A DNA stretch of 64,000 nt from Lingula anatina (lineage: Eukaryota > Animalia > Brachiopoda), in assembly GCA_051362555.1 (NCBI GenBank), contig CM120646.1, positions 6,944,001-7,008,000 on the forward strand, given 5' to 3'. A program made the translations under genes and the position numbers. This document shows positions 39,593 to 53,201 of the stretch, piece after piece. The notes beneath the pieces were generated by a model, which saw only the letters and a list, made by a program, of their open reading frames with translations, was not told the origin of the DNA and did no database searches. How positions within the stretch are numbered: the first letter of the stretch is position 1; every line of letters starts with the position of its first letter.

Positions 39593-42568
39593 GCATTATC
39601 AATTCGTAGAAGTTCCATGCAAGGAAAACAGTCTTGGGGTCGCATTACTGAATGAAAGTATCATTTTACAGAGATTTTCAGCTACAAAAGACAGTGACGT
39701 ATGCTTGTTGAGTGAAGCTGACTCAAGTATTGTAAAACCACGGAGGAGCAGATTGGGGCCTGTAAGAGTCCCCCACCCCATCCGATTTCTAGATGTTTTA
39801 TCCACATTCTAAATGCAGATAGGTTTTTGCTCACAAAAACATTGGTATTACCACCACTTATAGTCGTCTGTGCTTTATTTCAAGCTTAGCGATGTAGTCA
39901 TTTTTCAAATGTGTGTTTTTGATGATGTGGAGTTGTTTGTGGGTGCACACGGCCATCTCTCAAGATAGAGGATCGCACATTACTAATATTACTAATATTA
40001 TGATTTTCTTAAGTGTTATATGTTGACATATATATCCAGTTCATCACATATACATCTTTTTCATCGGATCAAAAAATTCCTATTGAAATTTACATGGACG
40101 GTCATACAGCGTAACGTGAGATTTGAAATATTTAGAAGCAAGGTTGCTTTATTTTTGTATCATACAGGTAGCTGCGATTTCAGGGCAAAATTATATTTGG
40201 AAAACTTCTATTTTTAACCGAGTTATGTCAAATTTTAGTTTAAATCATTGAGGTGCCCGAGTTATAATCATATTACCTGAATGTATGCATTTTATATTTA
40301 GAACTTTAATCAAATTTTGATGGATGCTTTTATTTGTTAAAGGAGTCTATATATGACTTCAACCCCTTAGATAAAGTTAAAATTAGACTCGGTTTAATTA
40401 TATTAAGACTGTAGTAAATGTCTTAATTGGCTTCATTACCTCTCTCTGTAGGACTTACTTTAAGTTATTTCTTGTGATTTATCATATATACGAGTATAGT
40501 GTATGTACAGCATAGTTTGTAGTCACGAGAGAAAGGCTTTATTCAGTCGCAGCATGCTGTCTAAAACAGGACGGTATTCTTATTCGTAAGGCGACGTGCC
40601 AATAAAAAAACTGAAGTTATCATTTTACAAAGACTGAAGCATCCAGGTGTGTGCACTTTCCCGGCATTCCCTACGACGGGTTTTCCCCACGCCCGCAAGC
40701 ATCGGGCACCAGCTCCCGACCACAAGACCAGCATTATCCGACTGTTTGCGTTCTGATGTCACATGATAAGGACAAGAATGGAAAATCTTAAAACTTTCAA
40801 TAATACCACCGTTTCCATTATTCATTTGTGATTACTTAAGTACTTTTGGAATTGAATGTCGCTGTTTAAAATTGTACATAATAATTGAAAAAAATCATAT
40901 TCTATAATTTTTCCTTTTGTTAAAAAACGGAAGGCGCGCATAGATGGCAAAGTAATCACCAGACTTACAACTTAATTTTAAGGAAATTTGACGCCAACCG
41001 CGCTTTTATAGTCTTGGAAACTTACATTTGAAAATAGAATGCAGCTGCAGGTTAGGAAATTCATCCATGTGAAATTTGCCAAATACTTTTACACTGCTAC
41101 ATATACCTTTTCCATGCCAAAAAGATGACAGAAGGCCTAACCATCTTTTTTAAAAGCGTAAATTTATACTTATCTGTGTTGCAGAGTCCCATATGTGATT
41201 TTAATAATTAAAACCAAAAATAATTATTCTGACATTTTTTTCTAGTTTAAAGGCGTAAAATTCATTTCTATACTCTTCTTGGTATTTCTAATCATAAAAA
41301 TGGTGATTAGCTCCAAAACCTAGGCAAATGCACGATTACGATTTCATAAAGGTAAACAAGAAAATTTAAACAAAATTTTAATTTTCTGGAAAACGAGATG
41401 CACATGTACATGTACGAGACTGTAACACACAATCTCTCGTTGTTCCCTGGGATCTATTCATTCCGACCAATGAGAGACCGGCAAACAGGTTCCACCCTCA
41501 AGTGTGTATACTCTTTTGAGACAAAATTTCGTTTTTTTCAACCCGTTTTCATTAATTTTTTTCCTGCAAAATATTTAACCCTGAGACAAGAGTGAGTAAA
41601 ACCATCTTTCGACATTTCTTTTTAAAGCAATAAACTAATAGAGGCGTATGTCCGGATAAACGCCATCAACAATATACATTATACCGTGTCGACAGTGCTT
41701 TTATTTCGAAAGTCACTGATTGGCAGTATATATGTATGATATATAATGACAAGAAAGGAGACGAAGAAGAAGAATTTTATTAAAGGCATAGCAACCAAAA
41801 GGCTCTTATTAATAATATATGTTGAACAATTGTCTATTTTTTTTAATTTAACAAATGAATAACATTTGGAAAATATGACGATTCTGTCCCAAAAGTAGGA
41901 TACATGTTAACGATAAGTGTCCGTAACACTGTTACATGCTGTAACACGCTTCTGAACAAAGTTGGATTTCTGGTCGATAAAATTAAAAACCTTGTGATTC
42001 TGGCCTTCTTAACATTGTAGATGTTAAAAAAGACAAATTGTGTTCAAACATGATGTGAGAACAATGCCCAAGTGTACAAAAATGTGTAGAAAAATTACTA
42101 ACTTAAATATTTTCGCATTCTTTGCAATGATTATACGTACATTTTATCAATGTTTAACTCTGGCATGACATGATGTTCTATATGAATTGTTATACTGTGT
42201 TCTAAAATATTGCAGTATACTGGTATTTGTTCAGTAAGTTTGGTTACTGTGAATAACAAAAACATTCTTACTGAAACTTACCCCAATGAAAAAAATAAAA
42301 AATAAATAAATATTAAGTAGGTCACAACAAAAAAAGTTGCCCTTCTCACTTTCATGGAGATACTGGCTCTTCTTTCAGAGAAAAAATATGGAATAATGAG
42401 CATTTAGCTTAAAGCGTCGTTATTTGTTCATCATTTGATAAGGCACTGATTCTGTTCAAATACAAATAAATGTCATTAAAAACTGGAAGCACTGTTCATC
42501 TTGACAGATGCTGTCAGTAGTACTTCTTTTAAAGTTGACCGTCATTTACTGTTTATGGTGATAAAATA

Positions 42569-45500
42569 TCATAGATCGCCCGCAACTGGAAGTGATGAGG
42601 ACTGATTTATTTGGACAGAACCGGACAATGGCGCCTCGCGCTGGGAGAGAACAGAATTTGTGCGGTCATGTCCAAATGCTGTGTAACAATAGCTGTCCCT
42701 AATCCGTAGTTCCTCTTCCAAGTAAAACACTTCCCTGCCTCGTTTCCTTGCAAACCATATCTGTACAGAAGAGATATTCAACTTCAATCAAAGTGAAAAT
42801 TTCTTGGATCTCAGAAATAAGCACATTTGAAAATCTTGGGCTCTTAAACGGTTTCGCATAATTACCCACAATTGGCTTTACTTATAACTACCAATAATTT
42901 AATAACTTACTGAGTATCCCATTACTAACTCTATATTAGTCTTCCTTGTTTTGATACCATATTAATCTCTTAAAACAGTTTACCACAGTAGTAAATGACA
43001 TCTATTTTTCAATAATTTAATGCTATTATTTTCAATTTCCTACCTGAGAGTTAACTACTTACCTTGAGAAGTGTAATGTTCCTCAGCCCAATTGCCTTTA
43101 AAGTAGAAAAAAATTAGTTTGAAATATTAAAGATATATAGAAAAAAATATATATATATATCCCATCCCTTTATGTTCAACTTTGAAAATAGAAAGATAAT
43201 AAAACCATTTAAAAATTCATCAGTCATTATAATTGGTTGAGTCGTGAGTGAGTTTGGAGGCACCATGTTAATACCACTACTTACCAAATAGATCACAAAC
43301 ATGAGGTAGATCACTATAACCAGAGCAATGATCACCATCAGCCAAGCTGGCTGACCAGAATCAAACTAAAATATAAAAAAAAAATAAATAAACAATAATG
43401 TTTCAATAAGTCTCAGATGTATGTATGCCAATTAAGATGTTTAGTTAAAGGACCAAACTAAACTGAGCCCTCTTTTAGACTTTTTGTTTTACACACTTTA
43501 GTCAGCTACATCTTAGTAGGCTACTAGCAGTATGATGTTTTAGTCCAAAAACTGACTTAACTAAAGTCTACTAATTGTGATACAAGACCCTGATGTAGCC
43601 CAGTACATTTCTTACCAAATAAAGGTATGCCAGGTAAAAATTGACTCCCATAACTAGAGCTGCCAATAGCCATACCACCAACTGCATCACCCTGAAATAC
43701 AGAGTGAAAAAGTAAGTATTTTATCTACCTGTACCTGTTAAACTGGGAGTATACTCCTTCATATGACCAGTACAACCCAGGTCTCCATTGATCTATACAC
43801 TTGAAAATGTACACATTAAATAATTAAATTAGCAAAAGGAGAAGTATAGCATATTTATGAGCTGGCAGAAATAAAAACAGAAATTTAGCTTGATTTGCAA
43901 GTACTTCTTTTGATTCAAATTCACAACACTTTTTTTTATAAGTGTTAAGAAAAAAGCTATATATATATTCTATACAAAAAATGAGAGCTTGTTCAAAATA
44001 ATCGTAACAATTTTTGACTTTCTCAATCATTAACTTCATTTTTCAGTTACAGTGTACGTGGCAGTCACTTACTTTCCATTCTTAAACTTTCCCATGACTC
44101 TCTCACTGTTGGTAAAATGAAGTATTGGAAGCAACGCAAAGGGCAACTGCACACTCTGCAGGACGTTTAGCCAGCTGTTTAAAAAGTCAATGTCTTGATG
44201 AGCCGTCAAGGCTACAATAATGGTTGGCACAATAGCGATGGATCGAGTCAGTAGAACCCTCTTCCATTTCGCCCAATGGATATTGAGAAAACCCTTCAAG
44301 GAGAAATATAAAATAAAGAGAAACACCAAACATGATACACTTAGAGATTAAGTTACTTTTCAAACAGTAAAAAAGTAAATATCTTACAAAAAAAAAAAAA
44401 AAATGAAAGAAAAAAAAACAGAAATTTTGATTACACTGATACAAGAGATTATAAATACTAATACCATATCTCTGTTAGGTCCTACCAGTAACATTTTAAA
44501 ATACATTCTAAAGTAACATTACTTTTTTATTTCAATTTACAATAAATAAGTGACAATTAAAAGTATCAATACATACTTGATTTTGCAGTGAGTAATAAGT
44601 AATTCATAGCAAATGTTATTAAATCACTTCTAAAATTTTTTAATGAGTTGATGAGGTACTATAGTAATCTAACATTTTTCTCATTAAATCAAAGTTTACA
44701 TGAGTCTATCCTAGGAGTGTACATGTATCACTCACCTCCATGACAAACTGACCAGCATAGGTTCCCTGAAATTAAAAAAAAAATATATATATATAATTTG
44801 AAATTCTAAGAAAGCCCAGATTGAAGCAATAAACAAAGAAAAAAAAACCTTCAAGCTTATTAATTAATGGTTTTAACTGATAAAGCATAATATAGGTCTG
44901 TGGAAGCATTCCAATAATGAATGGATCATCATAATAAATTACATGCAAATGTGCTCCACAAATGAGCATCTTTAAACAAGACAAACTTCACACATTCCGT
45001 ACTCACAGTCATAGTGGAGCTCTGACCAGCAGAGAGGATCCCTATACCCCAAATAATTTTCATGGGCAAACCAAACTTTCGAAAAATCCATACACCCTGA
45101 AATGAGAGAGTACATATCAGAAGTGACAAGGAATGAGAAACAGATAAAAAAAATAAAAACAAAGAATCCTGTATTGAATAGGAATCAAAATGGCCAGTAC
45201 AGAAAAAAATGCTGCAAAATCACAATGACAGAACAATAAAGTGAAGTCAAAAAATAATGAAAATCTTTCACAATACATCTACATTATTAGATCAAGTCTT
45301 GCACTGTGAGCCTTTTATAACAGGAGTTACTCCTGTATTTAGCTTTTTTTTTTTGAGTTTCAAAGCCAACCCAGGATATTTTCATCATTTTCAAATTTCT
45401 GTCCATACTCATTAGAGATTTGAAAATGCAGACGTTTGTAACTGTAAAACAAGGCTAATATATAAGAAGTTTTAAATGTTTCTGACCATACTTACAGCAG

Positions 45501-46306
45501 TTTGTAAACTGGCCTCATCTGGGGTGAATCCAGAGCCCTCTGAGAATGCTTTGGCAAAGACTGCCACTACGAATAAGTTAATTAGGAAGGAAACAAAAAG
45601 GGCAATAGCTGAAATGTAAAAAAAATACATAAATCGAACATGTATATGTATAGGTAAATAGCTACAGTGCACTTGACTGCTATTTCAAAAACAGAGCTTG
45701 GTGATAAAGGAATTTCACTGCTATTGCCTAACAATGGTTAAAAAGGAAATCATCCCTGAAGAACGTTAACATGCTTTTATGAGGCATGTTACATTTTGAT
45801 GAGTTATGTTATCAAGCTCTTTGATGAAGGGTCAAAAAATTTTGTCTCATACTATTAGGTAAAAAACATGTTTGTCTATAAAGGAAGCATTCATCTTTTT
45901 CTCAATATGAATATAGTTTAACTTGTTTAAATTCAAATGCAAATTTACTGAATTTTGCTGTAAATACACAATTATAAAATATAACACATGGAATGAATAT
46001 ACACATCTTTTTCTTTCATTTTACACTGTTACAAGTGTAAATCCATTGACCACTAAATAACAAACCACTTGACTTGAGCAGTTTCATACAAATTTGGTTT
46101 ACCATATACATTTAAATAAATACAGTATGCACATGGTTCTTATTTTTACCTGACTCTATGGAGTAATACATGTTAGCCTCTTCAACTTTTCTTGTGCTAG
46201 TTCGCTCAAGAACACGTGACTGGAAAAAATAATATATATTGTTTAAATATGCATGAATATATGATCAAACACTAAATATCTATACACCTTGTTTCTTGAA
46301 ACAGCA

Positions 46307-46348
<42 letters not shown>

Positions 46349-49300
46349 AAAACAGAAAGGGTATCCCAAAGAATAATGTGAAATAAAACTTTCTCTACAA
46401 CAACCACTGCTACAATGTATGTATGTCTTACCACCACTTAGGCAATCTTACATATTATGAGGCATGACAACAGCCCCTGCTATGTATAACTTACCAGTAC
46501 AGGCCTACCCAACTACCAGACTCCTGAATTCACTGGTAGATCAGACCACACTACCCATTTTCAAGGTGTGTGTCAGATCACATTACACAGTATCAGACGC
46601 GACACCGCTCTTGCCTGGTACGCGATGTGATAGTGACGATTCTCAGCGGGATTGAAAAGCATTGCATCACCACTCAAAATTTGTTCAGGGCATGATACTG
46701 TGTAATGCGATCTGACACACACCTTGAAAACGGGTAGTGTGGTCTGATCTACCAGTGAATTCAGGATCATTCAGTGCCGAGTCTGGTAGTTGGGTAGGCC
46801 TGCAGTACTAAGGCACTATGTAGATAGATATTATGAGGCATGACAACAGCCCCTGCTGTGGATGACTTACCAGTACTAAGGCACTATGTAGATAGATGTT
46901 ATGAGGCATGACAACAGCCCCTGCTATGTATAACTTACCAGTACTAAGGCACTATGTAGATAGATGTTATGAGGCATGACAACAGCCCCTGCTATGGATG
47001 ACTTACCAGTACTAAGGCACTATGTAGATAGATATTATGAGGCATGATGACAGCACCCACTATTCCCACCAGTTGTTCTATGGCATCTTTCTTACAGTCT
47101 TGACACCAAGGAAACCACAGTCCTATCAATATGTCTCCTTGGTCAGGCTTCACTGCTATATACTGGAACATATTATTTTTGTATTTATTATAAGTTAATC
47201 ATATGAAGTATACAACTCTGAAATCAAATAAAATGCAATTAAGAATCCCTGGAGGAACACATTTGAGGGGGTGGGGTGTAGTGAAAGGTTGTCACATTTA
47301 CCATAGACCCATTCCCTGATGAAGTCTCACTGTAAGCAGATGAAATATTGGCTGATAAAGTATTGGTTTATTTCTTAAGCTATTGACAAAAGAATTTTCA
47401 ATTTTCTATTGAAATGAAGCAAGATTAATATTATAAAGTGCAAAAAATGATGTCTGATTTTAAATTTACATTTACAGTTTGTAATATTTTTACACATAGT
47501 TATTTCTACATGTTTTTCCACCAAGTGAAATAGAATCAAATGTGGTATTAATAATACTTTTCAAAAATCAAATTTCCCTAAAGATTTAAATGAACAGTCA
47601 GTACAAATAATAAATTATACAATTAATATAAAACTTACAATATATTTATATCACCTAAAAAAATTCTGTAAATAATTTCTGGTACAACAGCTTTGTAAAC
47701 CAACTAAACAGCTGGGACAATAAAATCATGAGTTACGAAGGCAAGCCAGTTTCACTGGTACAAGGTTTAAAATGATAATGTACATGTACCCTACTTTGAA
47801 GCCAACACCTCTTACCATATACATGAAACAGACAGCCATTATTGTGATAAGAAAACCAAACAGCAGCTCTAACTTCCTCAGTCCCGCTGACTCCAGGAAC
47901 AGAAAGGTGAAGGTGTCTATGCCAGTTATAAGTACCCCTGCCCAGATTGGAATTCTGTTAAAATGGAAACAAAGACAATGACAGTAAATACAATAAGTAA
48001 CAATGGCTATAATCATCTTAAAGTTTGTATCACAATATTTAGATTCTCTTTATTTCTCGATTCTACACTAAATTAATCATTTACTAATAACATAAAATAA
48101 AAATCTTAATTTTTATGTTTTAAAAAAATTAGCTCTGTGTTTCAGAAATTTTGGTCAGGAGGGCTTGAGAACTAAATAATTTTTTTATACAGCCTGTATA
48201 CTTACAAATTATTAGACAGTAAATTGATGGCAATGGCAGACCCAACCACCTCCTGGATATCACTGCCTATGATAGCAAGCTCCATCATTAGCCATAACAC
48301 TATTCTAGGAGCAGTGGGGTACTCCTCACGACATATCTGAGCAAGATTTTTACCTGGCAAAATAAATAAGTAATAAATAAGTAGATTTTGCCTGGCAAAA
48401 TGAACAATAAATAAATAAATAAATAAATAGATTTTACACTCTGTGTAACAAACCCGAGTAACATTTTCCTGAACACAAAATAAAATTTAAAAGATACAAT
48501 GAATTAATACATTTTTTTTAAAGTAAATATGATTCTTTGTTTTTAAGCATTATTATTTGAGAACTACCTGTGACACAGCCCAGTCTGGCTGCCAGGAGCT
48601 GCAGAACCAGTCCCAGCACTGTGGACCACATCAAAACCCACAGGAGCTGGAATGAGGGACATCAAACTGGGGTCATTTTATAAAAACACAGAAAACATTT
48701 GAGCCACATCAGTTTGGCACACATTTTGTGTAATATTTGCCCAATTTTGACTTCCTCGTTATTTTTTGAATTTTTATCAAAAGTAAAATCAATCAATTCA
48801 GTAAATGATTATGAAATATTTATAGCCAATGAACATTTTTGCAAGTGCTTGAACATAAAAAGCAGTTATGAAGTTGAAGAACGAACCAACCTGATAGACA
48901 TTTTAACTTCTACAAAACATCTCATACCCAGTATATTTAATTCATGTCATTTTTTGCATTTAGTGTTACACTCAATGGTTTCACACCCTTTTGACTGTTC
49001 TTAACATTGGGGGGGGGGGGGGGGGTCCAACTGTTTGAGCCAATCAAAGTAGTCAATCTCTCATAAGCTAAGGATGTGAAATAAAAGTGCACTGCATTGT
49101 TTGAAAGGGCATAGAATCTACCTGCAAGCACATGTCAGGGGCGGATCCAGAGATATTTTCTGACAGTCTTCCAAGTTATTTTTGTTAATCCATCCTCCAT
49201 TTTTGACCGTCTTCCGGCAGAAAATATTAGATACCCGTCAATGTAAACTGTTAAATCTGACCGTCTTCCGGAAGACCCAGAAGACGGCCTAAATCCGCCC

Positions 49301-50060
49301 CTGCATGTATACACTGTACCTTGTATTTGGCAATGGCTCCAGACTGCAGGTCAGACTCTATATTGCCAGGGTCCAGGTAAGCTATACTCATAAGAAAACC
49401 AGGGCCTGTGAATGCCCATAGCTTACGGAAACTGAACTTAATACCCTGTAAATAAAACAAAATATTATCATTATAGCTCCATGTTTAAGATGAACTTAAA
49501 ACAAGAAAACAACCCTAAATACTGCCAAGATTTAATCCTGAAAATATGTATAGTATTCAGTATTTAGTCCAACAAGAATTTTAAAAGACTTCTTTTCTGA
49601 TGAACTCTTCATAACTTCCAGTAACATTCACTGTTTCAGAAAGATCTCAACAATTTGAATAAGCACCCTTTTTGCACTTGCCATTTTGCACAATAAAGTT
49701 TTTAAGTATATAATCAAACTGAATATCTTAATATGCTGAAATGTAAGTTTTTCAAGTCAAAATATTTATATCTGCAGACATTATAATCACAATTTCAAAT
49801 AGAAAATGCCAAAAAAAAAACGTTACTTGTAAAAAATTAATTGAATAAAGATGTGAAACTACAAAAAGGCCAAAATCCTGACAACAATTCACCAGCTTTT
49901 CCTTTGAGGATATTGAACTCACCTCACTCCCATCAAAATCACTCTGTGTCTCAGGTATCGTGACTTGACCAGGTGCAATTTCAAACCCTCGCCTTGGTTC
50001 ACTGTCTGCGCTATTCACAGGCTCTGACACTAGGGGCGCCCTGTCCCTCAATGACGACAT
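42569..50060 (-). CDS. SLC11A: Nramp/SLC11 (DMT1/Malvolio-like) divalent metal transporter, 563 aa. Exons 50060-49923, 49445-49320, 48646-48568, 48353-48206, 47954-47816, 47162-47007, 46219-46150, 45608-45496, 45096-45007, 44765-44736, 44293-44073, 43691-43616, 43365-43285, 43095-43063, 42760-42569
   Basis: All junctions are GT-AG and the frame is continuous (1692 nt). Hallmark motifs [53 protein letters not shown] and [13 protein letters not shown] are present. Confidence 0.95.
46451..47006 (-). repeat. 68-bp tandem repeat duplicating the 3' end of the Nramp TM6 exon plus its splice donor (3 full copies and 1 partial)
   Basis: The minus-strand unit gtaagtcatccatagcaggggctgttgtcatgcctcataacatctatctacatagtgccttagtactg recurs directly after the true donor at 47006. 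Confidence 0.95.
46500..46802. mobile_element. Foldback MITE (~100-bp arms, CAGGCCTACCCAACTACCAGACTC termini) with 5-bp TSD CAGTA
   Basis: Long inverted arms; CAGTA at 46495-46499 and 46803-46807. It interrupts the 68-bp array. Confidence 0.9.
49136..49303 (-). mobile_element. MITE of the same family as 3563-3730, in an Nramp intron
   Basis: CAGGGGCGGAT TIRs flanked by the direct repeat CATGT. Confidence 0.85.
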
Positions 50061-50090
50061 CGCCCTGGCTTATCTTGACAGGAAAAAATT

Positions 50091-50125
<35 letters not shown>

Positions 50126-52765
50126 GTTGTTTTTTATTTAATCTAAAATCCATAAAATGATCAGAAGAATTTTGTAACATATAAAATCTATTAAAGTTTA
50201 GAGACATGAATTATATATAAGGATATAGATATATATTAAATGAAAGTTTAAGTACCAAAAAGGTAATTAAAGGTAAAAAATCCCATATTTTGCACTGCAA
50301 TTTTTGTTTTAACATGAGCAAATTCATAAATTAAACATCTTAAAAATTAATTTAATAGACAAATGAACTGAAGTATCAAAGGCATTGCAAGCCATTTACT
50401 AGTATTTTATTTCAAAACAGCTTGTATCACACATCAATAAAAGAAACCTTTTCATATGAATATGTATTTTATAAATAACATTTTGCATACATCATAAAAT
50501 AAATAAAAACACTGGTGCTATTACTAAGTTTTTGGCTTTGATATCCAATATGTGGTTACAAGCCTGAATGTGTGACTAGAGCACACAAATAAGATAACAA
50601 GCAAATGCAAGATGTTATGTATAGCTTAATTCATGTCTTGTTTCTGCATGACTATGAATCATCATACAGCCACAACAAAACAGACTTAATAAGCGAAGCA
50701 ATTACTTCTGAGGCATAGTCTGATTAAATGCTAAAATTTATATATTTTTTCTTGCTTCTAATTTCTTATATGTTTGTTTTTATAAACTTATTTGTTATCA
50801 GTTTTCTTGTTAGTTTTAAAATGTTTTCAATAATTCATATTGCAATTGGAAAAAAAATCGCAAATAAAAAATGCTTGTACTTTAAGTATACATAGAAACT
50901 AAAAAAAAAATGTCTGCCTTAAAAATACACTCTAAGGCTCAAACCTACAAAATTCACTCTCATCTAACCACTTTCACATTACTTTTGTCCCTAATCATAT
51001 CCTGTCCTTATCAAAATAATATTTGTACAAGTACTAGACAGTATACTATTCAGAACACATGAACATTATAACAATTTGTTCATAGGGACAATTTGTCACT
51101 GAGACAATACCTACTACCCTGGTAAACACACATTACAATCTATATCCTGATAAACTCAATGCAGCTATCAATATCATTATATCATTATCTGTGGCTAAAG
51201 TAATGTCAGTCGGCAGTATGTTTGATATAGAGTTACCCCGTATGACATACAGTTATACTGAGTATAGTACATGCATACTGTACAGCACAAAGATTCTTAT
51301 CGTAGACAGCTACAGTTGCACCAGTGTTCCAGAATTTAACAATCATCCGAGCAAGTCAGCCCATATTGAACATATATCTTTTTTTAAACATTAGAAATGT
51401 GCATAAATTTTAATTTATCAAATCTTTTGAATTTGGAAAAATTCCATTTGGGTAGAGATTAAAAATATAGAAAAGATGAGAAAAAGATTGAGGAATTACG
51501 TTAACCATATGATATTCCACAAGTTTTTTGAAAATAATACTAATCACTTTCAAGATGTTACACTACTGAGATTTTAGAAGAGGTGGTGGTGCATAAGGGG
51601 GGGGGGGGGGGAAGAGAGAAGGAAGGGGGGGTATTATGAGAGTGGTCAAAGGAGGAGAATGAACTGAAATATGGTAGTGGCTCAGTTTTTCCATTGGTTA
51701 AAAATTACCAATCTTTCAGATATATAATTTTAGAAAAATATATAATACTTTTAAGTGGCATTTATGGTGTTTTTACTGCATAGAATTAAACTATAGGGCA
51801 GCCTACTTTTCAATGGGGATGTTCTAATATTAAGAAACTACAGGTATGACTTACAAAATACAATATCTGTAAAATTTACGTTCTCCTTGAGAAGATTGTG
51901 CCACTGTTGTACATCAAACTGTTAATCACAATGCTTACAGTGACAAAAAAAAAGAAAGTCAATATCTTTGCTCCTTTTGAACATGCATAAACGCAAAACA
52001 TCAACATTTCAATAAATGATAATGACAAAAAAAATTCAATCAGCCTGATTTTTAAACAAACCTGCTTTCTCATATGTTGTTAATTATGTAAGAGAGTTAG
52101 TACTCCCCCCCAACCCCCCTCTTAACTGTGAGTCAAAACCCAGTTCACTAAAATAATCACTAGTGATTCATAATCATCTGAATCCATTTATACAGAACAT
52201 GCACATTTTTTTCCCTTTGGAAACCTTAATTGTTGTCTTCAACAGAGGCTGTGGCTAATGCAACTTTAAAACGTTTCAATCTTTTAATTATGTAAAATCA
52301 TGATAAAATTAAGACAACCAAGTATGAGTGACTGCATGATTTGTTGGGGGCAACAGAGCTCTAGATACAAACTGCTCAGTGTACTGTAAATTTAATGTGG
52401 GTATCTGATCTTATGCCAGGTCATGCAGTCATTGTACGCACTGGATGTACATGTACATGTAACTGTACATGTACTATATATAGCTAGTGCATGTAATTGT
52501 GCACGCATGCATGTGCACTTTACATGTATATTAAAGAAAGTTTATAACTTTATACCTTCACCCAACATGTATCCGCCTAGTGTTAAAATATCCAGTTTTA
52601 AGAAGTAATATGTTATTTATATATATTTACTTAAGTATATTCAAAGCATTACATTTAATGTTTATCCACCATGATGCATGAAAAATTTGCAAGCTCCCCC
52701 CCCCCCTTTTTCGCCCTTGAATTTTGGCTCAGCAATAAAAAGAAAATCCACAAAAACGTACTCAC

Positions 52766-52950
52766 CTTATCCTAGCATATCCTTAACTGCACTTCATCAT
52801 TCCCTTTGTTATCCTCGATACTGTGCAAACATTTATCTGCGGCGATGACTTATCAACGAGTTGAACTCGTGACACTTCGCTGTCGCTGTTTACATGTGGC
52901 GGAGCGGAAGTGATAACCTATTACTGCGGTCACCGCTAGATGGCGATACT
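52766..52950 (-). promoter_or_regulatory. Putative non-coding exon 1 and CpG-rich promoter of Nramp
   Basis: Strong donor AAG|gtgagt at 52766/52765 to pair with the acceptor at 50074-50075. CpG enrichment, ETS-like CGGAAGTG (52905-52912) and CTCF-like CCGCTAGATGGCGA (52933-52946). Confidence 0.55.
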
Positions 52951-53201
52951 TACGGCACAGTTGCACAGCAAAAAGCTGCACCGAAATGTTTACTGTGTTA
53001 GTACTGATTCTCAATATATAGGTCAATTTCACATTTTTTATTATATATAAGGTAGTTGTCTTCAAACGAGTTGTAAAAATTATTCACACGATACATACGT
53101 TACTGATACAAACGTTAGATTACTGATACAAGTGTAGATTTTTTGTTTTCAGTGCCTGTCCGTTGCAACACTTGTAAGTGCGTGCGATGTCGTACATGTA
53201 T

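Noticed and set aside
42430-42510. Iron-responsive element in the Nramp 3' UTR (two CAGTGC loops on the mRNA strand)
   Set aside because: Neither forms the 5-bp upper stem with an unpaired C at the right position
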